This document shows positions 49,469 to 61,791 of a stretch of 64,000 bases of DNA, piece by piece. Position 1 is the stretch's first letter, and each line of letters opens with the position of its first letter. Under the pieces are notes generated by a model that saw only the letters and a program-made list of their open reading frames with translations, made no database searches and had not been told where the DNA came from. Both the position numbers and the translations under genes were made by a program. Where the stretch lies: NCBI RefSeq assembly GCF_018350175.1, contig NC_058368.1, forward strand, positions 114,888,001-114,952,000, given 5' to 3'. This DNA is from Felis catus (taxonomy: Eukaryota).

Positions 49469-50189
49469 GTAAGTTACACTTGGGAAGAAACATCAGGTTC
49501 TCGACCATCTACCCAGAGTTAAGAGACTTCTAGGGAAATGTGATCAAGGTTTCTGATGAAAGTTCAATTTCTACTTAGATTTGTAATCTATGTCAAAAGA
49601 AATTTTAGAAATCTTTAGTCAGTTTGATCTGACTTGGCCTACAACGTTTTTCTTGTTCTTTTTCTTTTGTGTTAAAGTTATGAATTCTTTTATGTAGCTT
49701 ATGTGTCCTATCCGATCATTCTCTGTTGAAGATAGGAGTTTGGTTGATTTCACCCAAGATTTTAACCTTTTGGTAGATGAAAGCTCTCTGAGATACAGAG
49801 GCAAAGTGTATGTAGACTCTCCTGTCCTGGAGCCCACAGATACATCATAAGTGATTACCACAGAGTATCTTCAATGTTGTCCTTACTTGTGTGCCTAGAT
49901 GATATACTTCTCAATAATCACAAAATTTAATGAAGTAGAAGGAAATTTGGGCCTAAAATACTTTCTTAGCATAATTCCATATAATTATCTTTTATGGTTG
50001 GTGCCGTGGGTCTGTTCTTTGTATGCATTCTGTGTGCACACTGTTCTGTGTATCAACTCTAACCTTAATTCTTTTGGTGGGTTTTGTGTTTTTTTCAAAA
50101 ACTTCTACCCACAATGCCTCATGGCTTCCAGTAGATGGCAGCAGTTTAAGATTTTTTTTTTTAAGGTTTTTTTTTTTTTTTTTTAAGCC

Positions 50190-50451
50190 AACTGGGTTAC
50201 ATTAAAAAAAATTGTTTTTTTATTTTTATTTAAAAAAAATTTTTTTTTCAACGTTTATTTATTTTTGGGACAGAGAGAGACAGAGCATGAACGGGGGAGG
50301 GGCAGAGAGAGAGGGAGACACAGAATCCGAAACAGGCTCCAGGCTCTGAGCCGTCAGCCCAGAGCCTGACGCGGGGCTCGAACTCACGGACCACGAGATC
50401 GCGACCTGGCTGAAGTTGGACGCTTAACCGACTGCGCCACCCAGGCGCCCC
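50190..50451 (-). mobile_element. Young SINEC_Fc in intron 6
   Basis: Near-consensus CpG-rich body. Confidence 0.93.
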
Positions 50452-51915
50452 AAGACAGTGTTAATTCTACAGATCATGGTGTTAGAACTGACTTTTTACC
50501 CTGGAGCCTTAAACATTAAATGACATTATAGCAAACATTTACCATGCATCTTATAATTCATTGGCACTTTTTTCCATCCCCCTCAAATTTGGCAGTTTTA
50601 GGTATTGGCCTCTTTGAAGGCACTAAGGATTACATTTTGCCCATTTTGAGTAGTAACTGCCAGAGCCCACTTAACCTCTTAGGGCTAGAGTGAATCTTCA
50701 TATAATGAGGGGGTTGGACGAAATATGATCATAAGCCTGTTGCAGCTCAGTGACTCTATTAAAATTCTATCACGATTCATTCTTCATTCCTGATGGTCAG
50801 AAGGCATTGTGTATTCAGTTTTGAATACACAGTAAAAAAGAAAAATATCAGTTAAAACGTAGGTTAATAATGAACTTGAGGCGTTGCATTTTCAGTTTTG
50901 AAACTGATGATTCTTGGGAAGGGAAAGAAGAAATAGATGTATACTTACTGGCAAAGGGCAAGCTTTTTTAAAGAAAAAACTTGGCATTTAACTTGAAATG
51001 AGTGCATAAGAATAGTCCCTATAAAAAAAAAGTTAAATGCAAAATATTTGCACAGACATTTACCAGTGTCAGAATAAATTGTATCAAGTGGAAAAGTTGG
51101 AGGGAGGCCAGTAGCTGCTGTCCTTGGGGTATTGATGTTTGACCTTGTACTTAAAGCTTGCTTGTGACCTCACCTCATGCATCACTGGTAAAGCTGGATT
51201 TAAGTGAAGTGGGGGGGAGTGAAGAGGAAACAGTGAGGATTTCTTCTTACTGGGGCAGTTATACTTCACAGGGTGGCTTTGTTGGGATGGATTGTTATCA
51301 TCTCTCACAGATCAGCTGGAAGCCTTTAGGTAAAGAAAGCCTCTAATTTAGACATAACAGGATAAATTTGACTGCATTATTTATGCAGTTAGATGAGATG
51401 TGTAAGATGAGGAAAATAGATTGGAATTGATTGTAAATGCATCTCTTTCTCAAACTTTGAGGATAGAGTCGTTCTGTTTTTATTGTTTTTTTGCTGTGAA
51501 ATAGTTTGGCTAATGTCATGGAGCAGTTTTATACTCTACGTAGAAAAGGAAAAGAGAGCTAACTTATTTTCCTTGCAGTTCTCATTTGGTAACTTCACTA
51601 ATAATGTGTAAGCTGACATGTAGATGTTCAGATTCAGTAGCATGAACATGATTTTTATGCTGGCATAATTTATATTTGCATTTGTGGTAGATCTTACCTA
51701 GGCCCCATTCAGTTGGAAGTATTGCTTCCAGTTCCTTTGAGAACTACCATAGGGCAACTTGTATGTCTCTCATCTACCAAGAAGTATAACTTTCTTTTAG
51801 GCATTGGAGTTTTTGTATTAAATCTTGATGTTTCTGATCAATACTTTCCTCACCTTCTTGAATAATGGAGGGAACAGAAATGAGCACTAAGATTCAATAA
51901 CACTTTTCTCTGCAG

Positions 51916-52119
51916 AAACAAATCATTGTGGATCCCTTGAGCTTCAGTGAGGAGCGCTTTAGGCCTTCCCTGGAGGAGCGCCTAGAGAGCATCATCAGTG
52001 GGGCTGCCCTGATGGCTGACTCGTCTTGCACGCGTGATGACCGGCGTGAGAGAATTGTGGCAGAGTGTAATGCTGTCCGCCAGGCCCTGCAGGACTTGCT
52101 CTCAGAGTACATGGGTAAT
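51916..52119 (+). CDS. CTNNA1: CTNNA1 exon 7 (KQIIVDPLSFSEERFRPSLEERLESIISG...LQDLLSEYMGN), includes the vinculin-binding M1 region
   Basis: Acceptor ttttctctgcag|AAA, 204 nt, donor AAT|gtgagt; phase 0-0; matches ORF 51928..52143. Confidence 0.98.
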
Positions 52120-52187
52120 GTGAGTATTCGAATTTTTCTTTGAAGTAAGAGGTGTTTTTCATAACAGATGCTGGATCTCAGATGTTT

Positions 52188-52383
52188 AAAAAAAAATTTT
52201 TTTTAATGTTTGTCTATTTTTGAGAGAGAGGGGTGGGAGCAGAGAGAGAAAGAGGAAGACACAGAATATGAAGCAAGCTCCAGGCTCTGACCTGTCAGCA
52301 GAGAGCCCGATGTGGGCTTGAACTGTGAGATCATGACCAGAGCCAAAGTCAGATGCTTGACCAACTGAGCCACCCAGGCACCC
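52188..52383 (-). mobile_element. Can-SINE about 70 nt downstream of exon 7
   Basis: TSD ctggatct(c/g)agatgttt. Confidence 0.9.
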
Positions 52384-52499
52384 CTGGATCTGAGATGTTT
52401 TAACTAAAAATGACAAGTATGTTCTTGGCTCCGTGACCCTTTACAGTGGGGCAGAATTTTCAAGGAATGCATAAATAAACGGGGTTCTATGTTCCCCAT

Positions 52500-52525
52500 C
52501 TTTTTAAAAAAATACTTATTTTTGA

Positions 52526-52606
<81 letters not shown>

Positions 52607-52731
52607 TCAGGCAGGCTCCAGACTCCGATCTGTCAGCACAGAGCCTGACGTGGGGCTTGAATCCATGAATTGTGAGGTCAGGACCTGAGCTGAAGTCAGA
52701 CACCCAACTGACTGAGCCATGCAGGTGCCTC
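52500..52731 (-). mobile_element. Can-SINE whose GA-rich segment is replaced by (AC)38
   Basis: tttgag-(ac)38-aatctcaggcaggctcc; head ctgagccatgcaggtgcc. Confidence 0.88.
52527..52602 (+). repeat. (AC)38 microsatellite
   Basis: 76-nt uninterrupted run. Confidence 0.97.
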
Positions 52732-53862
52732 TCCCAACTTTTCATATTGAAAAATTTTTAACTTGTGAAAATCATAGAGTGAACACCTATTTTTTATCTA
52801 GATTCATTAGTTATTATTTAGATACATGTGTATGTTTGTGTATATAAATGTATGGTGTATTTCTATAGATATATACATACATATAACATTTTTTTCTATT
52901 AAACATTTGGAAGTAAGTTGCTGACATTGTGTTGCTTAAACACTAAATATTTCAGCCCCCATGTCCTAAGGATAATGGCCTTCAGTATCCTCAAAATTTC
53001 CATTATCACATCTAGGTGGCCATCTAATTTTGGGCAAAAAGGAATGGTGAAAATATTTATAGTTGGGAATTTTTTTCATGAACCGTATAGAATGTCATAA
53101 GACTAGGTAATTACCAACTAGAGCTGTATTAGGCAAACCGAGTAGTAATTTTGAATTTTTAAGGTTTGTGTTTAAAAACTGGTGCTGTTAAAAAATAGAA
53201 AAAAAAAAGCAGTGCTGTAAAAAATTTTTTCCATTAGGTAATACTGTATCTACTAATTTTTATTTCTGTTGTCATTATCTTCCTATTTCCTTTAATACTT
53301 CAATTCCAGTTGTTTAACGCTTGGAGTTATTGTAATTTATACCTTGTACCCAATATTTACTGTTGCAGGAAAGGAATAAATTAAATAAAATTTATATAAA
53401 ATCATTTTAAAGGGAAAAAGAACAATACAGACTGGTTCTTACTAGTGATTTTTGCCTGTTTAATGCTTTTCAGGGAAAGGTCTTGATACTTTCTCATTTA
53501 TTCATTTGCTGTACATCTTATTTGTTCACTTATATGCCTATTTAAGTGAACGTATAATAGTGGGTCATGATGGAGTTCCTAGGGGGAGGATGAATGCCTT
53601 AGTGTGTTTATCTTGTTTCTACCATATTGTGAAATTAGTGAAGCATATTGAATTTTTTAAGCCATTGCCATGTTTTGATCATATGCAGTCTACCTCAGAA
53701 AAATGAGATTAGAGGCTTAGTTAAATCAAATGGAAAAAGCAGTTGATAAGTCATAGTGAAAATGTGGTGCACATTTAAAAAACCTTATCTAAGTTTGAAA
53801 ATCAGAAAATATAAAAAAATGGATAATTTGAAGAATGGTTCATGATAGTAAGAGTTTTAAAC

Positions 53863-54091
53863 GGGGGCGCCTGGGTGGCTCAGTTGGTTAAGTGTCCCAC
53901 TGTTGATTTCAGCTCAGGTCATGATCTCACGGTATGTTGGTTCCAGCCTGCATTGGGCTCTGTGCTGACAGTATGACTTGGGATTCTGTCTCTCTCTCCC
54001 TCTCTATCTCTGCCCCTCCACCTCCCCCGTTTGCTCTCTCTCTCTATCTCTCTCTCTCAAAATAAACAAATACACTTAAAAAAATTTTTTA
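53863..54091 (+). mobile_element. Can-SINE
   Basis: TSD aa(g/a)agttttaaac. Confidence 0.9.
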
Positions 54092-54267
54092 AAAAGTTTT
54101 AAACAGGGAAACAACGGACTCTGGGTATGTGTGTGGATCAGTTACCTGCTATCACATGTAGTATAGTAGTGGTAAAAAAAAAAATCTAATGCAGTTATGA
54201 TTAGGAAAACACTTTGAAAACAGTCTTTGGGGGGGAAGAATATGTGGTAAGTTTGTTCTTATTGCTC

Positions 54268-54311
54268 CATATGAGAGCTTCCTAACCATTCTGCATATGA
54301 GAGCTTCCTAA
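54268..54311 (+). repeat. 18-bp direct repeat catatgagagcttcctaa x2, 8-nt spacer
   Basis: Copies at 54268-54285 and 54294-54311. Confidence 0.9.
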
Positions 54312-54604
54312 TGATCCCTTGAGTCTTGGGGTTGGTTGGATCTTGGGCTAGTTGTCTCTGGTCGTGAGTAACCTTCTAGTTTCTCTCCAGAGTGTCATAC
54401 AAGTAATATTTTCAGTTTGTGCTATGGATGTAAGTAAACGTAGGAAACACTCATTTATACTTGAAGACCTGAAGACTATAACATAACTCTTACATAATAA
54501 CATTTTATTATGTACGGAAAACTAGAACAATGATCTTTGTTTGGCTTAAATTTAAAGATCATGGTGGATATTTAGAAAGATATTATCTTGAGATTCAGAT
54601 TATA

Positions 54605-54831
54605 CTTTATTTTATTTTTTATTTTTTAAATTTTTTAAATGTTTATTTATTTTTGAGAGACAGAGAGAGAATGAGCAAGGGAGGGGCAGAGAGAAAGACA
54701 CAGAGTTTGAAGCAGGCTTCAGGCTCTGAGCTGTCAGCACCAAGACTCAGGCGGGGCTCAAACTCACAAGCCGTGAGATCATGACCTGAGCCAAAGTCAG
54801 ATGCCCAACAAACTGAGCCACTCAGTCACCC
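54605..54831 (-). mobile_element. Can-SINE
   Basis: TSD tgagattcagattata. Confidence 0.9.
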
Positions 54832-55375
54832 TGAGATTCAGATTATATTTTAGAAGATTGTCTCTGGGCATATTTTTCTTAAAGATAAAATATTTAGTTC
54901 CTTTGTATTGACTCATGTAACCTTGAGCATGCTAGGTGCTGTCAAAAGTGATGGAGTGAAGATAAAGTGGAGGTGGGGGGCTTGGGGGAGAGGGCAGTGA
55001 AGCACATTTGAAAGCTTAGTAAGTAATAGGGTCTGCAAGAAGCAGAAGCAACTGGGATTATAATTTTGCTTATTTATGAAGCTTTCAAAAACATATAGAA
55101 CCTTTGGTAACAATAACTGACAGTGTCTGCCTATCACTCTGTTCATACTGAGTATGTGTCACATGCAAAGTCGAGTCCTGGGCACTGTGTAAAAGGAGGA
55201 ATGATGCACTGATCGTTTCCTTTTGAGAGGGTCTCTATAGAGCATGTATAATAATGACAATTTTTGCTAGTCACTATTTTTATAGATAAAATATAATCTT
55301 GTTATAGTCTCTAGTCTTGCTTCTTCATCCTGTGTTGCCACTTAGTAAGTTCCATTGGTTTTCCAAACTCTGTGG

Positions 55376-55540
55376 CAGTGATTCTGAATTTTGGATGCAC
55401 ATTAGAATCCCTGAGGAACTCTAAAAGAAATCTTGATGTGTAGGTTATACCCCATTTAAATCAGAGTCACTGAATTGAGGTCCAGGTGACAGTATTTTTA
55501 AAAGTTCCTCAGGTGGTTCCAATGGCAGAGAAACTCCTCT
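55376..55540. mobile_element. MER5A/B-like MITE
   Basis: cagtgattctgaatttt...cacattagaatccctgagga...gtatttttaaaagttcctcaggtggttccaatg. Confidence 0.7.
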
Positions 55541-56869
55541 GGTGGTTTATTGCTTTTGTCCTTTACTGTCTTCACTGCCTTTGCTTTATTCTAGGCTTTA
55601 CTCAGTTTCTCTGTTTTCTAGTCTGTTCTACTTGCTCAGGCCAGCCTGAGCTTATGCCTTCAGTAGGACATAGTTCATTATGTGTTTGAAATTCTTTTCC
55701 CACTTCTTTAAAACCTAACCTGCTCTTGGTTCAGGGCCCACATTTCCCCCATCCCTTTGCTGAAGCTATTTCCAACTGCACTATTCTGCATTATTTCTTT
55801 GCTGGTTGAAGTTTTGTACCCAATTGTTGACTTCCCTGAATTGTTGCTTAGTTGTATTTTCTTTATCCATGTAATTTCTGTAACTGTGTTTTAAGCTTTT
55901 AAAAGACAGGAAATATTTTTAAAATACTCTTTCAGGAACTAGTGTAATACTAGAGGACGTACTTAGTGATTGCTTTATAAACTCATGCTGACTTGGGAGA
56001 ATGAATAAAACAAACAATTTTGGATATTCATGGTGCTAGGGATACATTAGTGACTAAAATAAAAAAAGATCCTTCCCCTTATGGGCCTTACATTCTAGAA
56101 GGTTACCGGGAAGGAGGCCATGGGTGGTTTACCTCTACTTCCTGTAGATCTGTCAGTATACAGATGAAATTAGTAGAAAAAATTAAACCATGTGCTCTGA
56201 AACAAGCAGTGAGGCAAAGTGGTATCCTAGGTCATAGTAGAGTTAAATTTAATTCATCAGGTGAGAGCCAGACTCCCTCTTAAAGGCTCCAAGGGCCAGG
56301 AGGCCAACAGCCTTAATGTTCCTACATGCATTGTGGTTTAAAGTGTTGGAAGTTACTTTTGCCTGTATTGCTAACTTTAGAGAGCTAAGAGATATTGATG
56401 TTAAAAGTAATGCATTTGACCCTTACTTACTTAACATTATGGAAATGCCTCAGATGGACGACAGTAGAGGTCTTTTGACATTGAATGGATCTTGGTGGTT
56501 CCACAAATGATTTCCAGGTTTCCTTGAAATGAAATGTGGTTATTGTGGTTAAGTTTAATTTGTTCCTGCTCTGTCAGCTTAAGGTTACTCCTGGGAGGGT
56601 TCTAGAGAAAGAAAAACAGCTTTGGATGGGTGTTATAACCTTAAAAGGTTTAAAAGTAAATGGATTGAAATAAAATGAAATATAATTGAATTTTAAAAAT
56701 TATCACTTTATTTTTTCATAATTGAAAGTTATGCATATGCAGTAAATTACTGAACCACCACTACCATATGTAGGAATATGCATTCTAATTTTTTCTCCTT
56801 TTTTGTATGGAGGTTAAAAATTTTTTTTTATATTTTAAAATAGTTTTAACCCTCTTTTTTTTTCCATGT

Positions 56870-56985
56870 TTTATTTAATTTGAGAGAGAGAGAGAGAGAG
56901 CGCGCACATGTGTGTTCCCGTGCACTTGGGGTTCAGAGGGAGAGGGAAGGAGAATCCCAAGCAGGCTCTGTTGTCAGCTCAGACA
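56870..56985 (-). mobile_element. 5'-truncated Can-SINE
   Basis: Tail, GA run and gagaatcccaagcaggctctg only. Confidence 0.7.
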
Positions 56986-59189
56986 TGGGCTCTGTTGAGG
57001 GATATGCTGGTTGTCAATATGTTGCTTTCACCCTTTATTAGGGCATCTGGTTTGAGTTGTTTTCCCAGTAGTAGAATTTACTGTAACCATGCTTATTTGT
57101 CTTTGTTACCACACCCATCTTCAAACCCCCATACCTTTCTTGGGTAGTTGTAACTACTGGGTAACCAACCAGTTAAGGTGAGTAGATAAGAGTTTAGCAT
57201 CACCCTCCTCGTTGAATGTCCAAAAAGTATCCGTATATAGTAGCTATCATAGCTTGTATTTTTCATACCTAAAACTTTAGTTTTAGACAAAAAAAAATGG
57301 GTAGAACTTAGGACTTGGTGAAGATGATGTTGATTAAGGATAAGTTTTATCTTTGTTCTTGCCCCAAAACATTGGCTACAGTGGTATTAGGATCCTAAAA
57401 GAGGAATTCAGTAACTGGGCATTTTTTGGTATTGTACTGGGCATATATTTGAGAGCTTTGACTATGTTAATACAGCAGGTATAAAATTTTTATTTGATTT
57501 GGATAATAATTTGATATGGAATGTATGAATAGGATGTAGTTAATAGTCACTTTCAAAGATACATTGTTACTGTAGTGAAGGGAAGCACTTAATTTAGATG
57601 CTAATCTCTTCTCAGTTTTGCAAATGCCTTCCTGGAATCATATTAGCAAAGCCAGAGCTTCCCAGCCTTTGAAGGAGTCTTCGAAGAGCTTGTTACTATA
57701 TCATTTTGTGCTGCATTTCTTATTTTCAAAATTAGAGTAGCTTACTTTTTTTCTGATTATAATTCTGTGTTCGTTATATATCACGTGTACTCCTACCACC
57801 TATTTTTGGTGTCCAGCATTCCAGCCTCCATTGTGCATAATGTGTAGATGTACACACATATCTGTTCTTACCATTTCTTCTTTTTTTCTTAAAAAATAAA
57901 AAGTAAGGATTATCTGCATACCATATGCCACTGTGCTAAAACACATACATCATTACCTATTTTACTGCCATAATAACCCTTGGTGGTTATTTGCTTAAAA
58001 ATGAATATACATACAGCTGAGATCTCTGACCTGAAAGTCTGAACTCTTAATACTTTTATCATTGTGCATCTTCACAGCAGCAAATATGATTTTACATCAT
58101 CATCTTTAAGGCTGTGGAGTTTTTCACTGTTACCACTTTATAGATGACTATTATGAAATTAAATACTCCACCCTAAATAAGGTAAACCCAGGTGTGGTAT
58201 AGCTGCTTGAAGTGAGCAGAACACAAAGATTTTTATAGTGTCCTCTCAAGCTAGGCTAGGCTGTCTGGTGTTACTTGAGTGTTACAGATGTTTCAGTTGG
58301 CTCCCGTGTGCAGCCACGCAGGCTGAGTTTTGTTATACATTATGCTATGATTTCCATCTTTGTTTGAACCTTTGGGTTTCCTGCAGTAAACTCTCACCTG
58401 CATTGCTAGTTCATAGTTCTGTAGCTGTGCTTTCATAAGATTTTATTGATTTGTTAGTGTAAGCTTTTCTGTGAGCTGCCTGGCATATTTGGGAGAATTT
58501 AGACATAAATAGATGCTGCATTGAATGCAAAATTTGAGCATGTGTCGGACTTGTTTCTATTGATGGAGCAGCATTTATTTAATTTGGAAATCTTAGTTGT
58601 CAAAAATTGTGTGGTTTTTCTCATGGTGGGAGTTGAGAGTGAACATTTTGTGTTGCTTTCTAAGAGGTTCAAGGTACTTGCTATGGGTGCTACTCTGGAG
58701 TTATGAATTGCAGTATTTATTAACAGCAAGTTTTTAACCTTTTATGTTCAGAAAGATGCATGTTTATGTGTTAAATGAAATGGTACTGGCCTAACGGAGC
58801 AGTAGTGGAATGGTCTCTTGAGATTAGGATGATGGAGTAGACATGGAAGCCTGCCCAGTGTCAGGCTGCAGATGGATTAGGTTTTAGGCTCTGTGAGATT
58901 GCTGTTAGACTATCCTTGATATTACCTTATGCTCTTAGGATATCGGCAGACTTGAAAAGATTTTATATAAAAAAAATGGGATTAAAGGGTTAAGCCTCTA
59001 AACACATCAATATTAGTAAATTTTGCTATGTGGTGGGATAATAGGCAGTATAAATTTTCTTTTGTGTTTTTCTCCACATTTTTTGATGTTGTTTGTTATG
59101 GTCATAATGACAGAAGTAAACTTAGACCCTTATTTTATGCATCTTGAATTTTTAGGTGTGTGTGTGTGGGGGGGGTTTAAAGATTCCAT

Positions 59190-59285
59190 GTTTATATAAT
59201 CTCTGAAACTAGCATGGGGCTTTTACCCATAGCCCCAAGACCAAGAGTCACAAGTGCCATTGACTGAGCCAGCCAGGTACCCCTT
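59190..59285 (-). mobile_element. Short Can-SINE
   Basis: Head tgactgagccagccaggtacccc; taatctct end. Confidence 0.75.
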
Positions 59286-59544
59286 AGGCTTTGTTGATAA
59301 TCCTGTACTATGTTTATTTTCAAGGGATTATTAACATGGGAAAATTGAGGATTTTTCACTTTAATAAGGCCTTGATTCATCTTTTTAAGATAATTCATTC
59401 ATGACTAGTTTGAAGCGATCAGTTACGTGGTTTTTTGTTTTACTATAATACACATTTCTGACAGGTGTTGGTCAAAATATAGTCTGTTACCAATGTGTGC
59501 TAGTGATTGCTTCATCCTTTTCTTGAACTATTTATCCAAATGAT

Positions 59545-59766
59545 TTTTATTATTATTTTTTTTAATGTTTATTTATTTTTGAGAGAGAGAACGTGGGTGA
59601 GAGTTGGGGAGGGGCAGAGAGAGACACACATACATAGAATCTGAAACAGGCTCCAGGCTCTGAGCTGTTAGCATAGAGCCCGATGCAGTGCATGAACTCA
59701 CAAATGATGAGATCATGACCTAGGCCGAAGTCAGATGCTTAACCAGCTGAGCCATCCAGGCGCCCC
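59545..59766 (-). mobile_element. Can-SINE
   Basis: Typical body; TSD-like tatcca..tgattttt. Confidence 0.88.
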
Positions 59767-59839
59767 TATCCATGTGATTTTTGACCATGGAAGTATAGAA
59801 TTGTAAAGTTTAGAATTTGAAAGTGCCATTAGTTATCCA

Positions 59840-60092
59840 GGGCAAGAGTTGACAAATTATAGTTCTCAGGTCACGCTGTCTTGCTTCCTATTTTTGTAAA
59901 TAAGATTTTATTGGAACCCAGCTCTGTCCATTTGTGTACTTATCATCTATGGCTGCTTTTCCACTACAGTGGCATAGTTGAGTAGTTGTGATCTAGAATG
60001 TCTATATGTGACATACATCTAAAACTAAAAGTGAATGGCCTCTAAAGCCTAAAATATATGCTCTCTGGCCATTTATAAAAGTTTGCTGAGAC
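59840..60092 (-). mobile_element. MER58-type hAT MITE
   Basis: ttttgtaaataagattttattggaac...tctatggctgcttttccactacagtggca...aagcctaaaatat...aaagtttgctga. Confidence 0.75.
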
Positions 60093-60344
60093 TTAATTTA
60101 GTCCAGACAACTAAGTCTTTTGAAGGTTCTAAATTACAAAATCAGTTTCTTTAATAGATGTAAGACTATTTAGGTTATCTGTTTCTTCTTGGATAAATTT
60201 TTGAAGTTTGTGACTTTAAAGGAATTGGTCCATTTTATCCAATTAGAGAGAAATTTTATATGCAAGGAGTTGTTTGTAGCATTCTCATAGTATGTTTTTA
60301 GTGTTTATGGGGAGCCTGTAGCCATATTCACTAATTCTTTTTAT

Positions 60345-60490
60345 AAATTTTTTTTATGTTTATTTTTAAGAGATAGAGACAGTGTGAGCAGGGAAGGGGC
60401 AGAGAGAGAGGGAGACACAAAATGTGAAGCAGGCTCCATGCTCTGAGCTGTCAGCACAGAGCCTGATGCAGGGCTCAAACTCACGAGCCA
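60345..60490 (-). mobile_element. 5'-truncated Can-SINE
   Basis: Body stops abruptly at ctcacgagcc; no head. Confidence 0.8.
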
Positions 60491-60824
60491 AGAGTACTTT
60501 TCACATGTGATGCTATAGACCGTGTACAGTAAGCTTATGCTTCCATAGAATAGGACTTACTAAAGCTTGATCAAGTAACTTCTCCAGAGCTGCTTTCTCA
60601 ACTATAAAACAGGGCCATTAATATCTGCTCTTCCATGTGATCTTATTAAAAGGCACAGAGAACCAGTCAAACACGGCTAGGTAAAATGATGAAGGTGGGA
60701 CAATGGGTAGTGGTATTACAAAACATACCAAAGTGCCTTGAAACAAAAGAGCAGTAAATGAAGTATAGTTAAGAACAAGGTAAACAGGGATCTGCATAGA
60801 CTGAGACTGAAGGTGTTGTCTCTT

Positions 60825-61041
60825 TTTTATTTTAGTTTTTTTAATGTTATTTATTTTTGAGAGATAGAGATAGAGCACCAGCGGGGAAGGGGACAGAGAG
60901 AGGGAGATAGAGAATCTGAAGCAGGCTCCAGTCTCTGAGCTGTCAGCATAGAGCCTGATCCAGGGCTTGAACCCACAGACCGTGAGATCATGACCTGAAG
61001 TGAAGTTGAATGCTCAACTGACTGAGCCACCCAGGCGCCCC
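60825..61041 (-). mobile_element. Can-SINE
   Basis: Typical body, head ctgagccacccaggcgcccc. Confidence 0.9.
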
Positions 61042-61574
61042 AGGGCTGTTCCCTCTTAAAGAGTGGCACGTCCTTCCTGGCTTTGTGTGACAACTCCTAT
61101 TCCTTGGTGCTCTCTTCGTGGAGGAAAGAGCCAAAGTGGTAGTCCACACCCCCAGTCCACATGATCTTCAGTTCAAGCATTTAAATCACAACTGACAAGA
61201 AGTGTCTTTTTCCCTCCTCCCTTGGTGGGGGGGGAGTGGCAGAGAATAGATAACTTACTTGATATGAACATAAAACTATAAAGTGCTATACAGTTGAAAA
61301 TTGGCATTGTTTTAGAAAGTTGTAATATATTTCCTTTTTCCTCATTTATTCTGTTTGGCCCAAAGAGTAGGCTTTACTTTGGTCAAAGTTGTCATCTGTT
61401 GATAATAAGAAATTAATTCATTTAGAATATTGTAATTATTTAAATGGGCAAACTAGGTGTTTGGGGAGGTTACCTGTTTATTTTATCTAGAATGTCCGTA
61501 TGTGACACACATGTAAAATTAAAGTTTATCAGTCATAACTTTCTTCATTAATATTTTCTGTCCATTGATCTTTG

Positions 61575-61791
61575 TGTTTTAATGTTTATTTATTTTAAGA
61601 GCAAACAAGCAAGTGGGGGAGGGGCAGGGAGAGAGAGAGAGGGGGAGAGAGTGAGAGAGAGAGAGAGTCCCAAGCAGGTTCTGTGTGGCCACCACAGAGC
61701 CCCATGCCAGGCTTAATTCCCTGAACTATGAGATTGTGACCTGAGCCGAAATTGAGTTGGACGCTCAACCAATTGAGCCACCCAGGCGCCT
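61575..61791 (-). mobile_element. Can-SINE
   Basis: TSD ctgtccattgatct. Confidence 0.9.

Larger units (their letters stand above)
12830..52119 (+). other. CTNNA1: CTNNA1 (catenin alpha-1) partial gene body, exons 2-7; the whole window lies in introns 1-7
   Basis: Six GT-AG exons (107, 196, 167, 120, 270, 204 nt) splice in frame into residues 1-354 of alpha-E-catenin; introns 2-6 are 1967, 24896, 748, 8168 and 2447 nt. Confidence 0.98.

Noticed and set aside
58190..58730. Repeat-free stretch with several 60-76 aa ORFs, possibly a conserved element
   Set aside because: No recognisable protein, RNA or motif structure; conservation cannot be judged from this sequence alone
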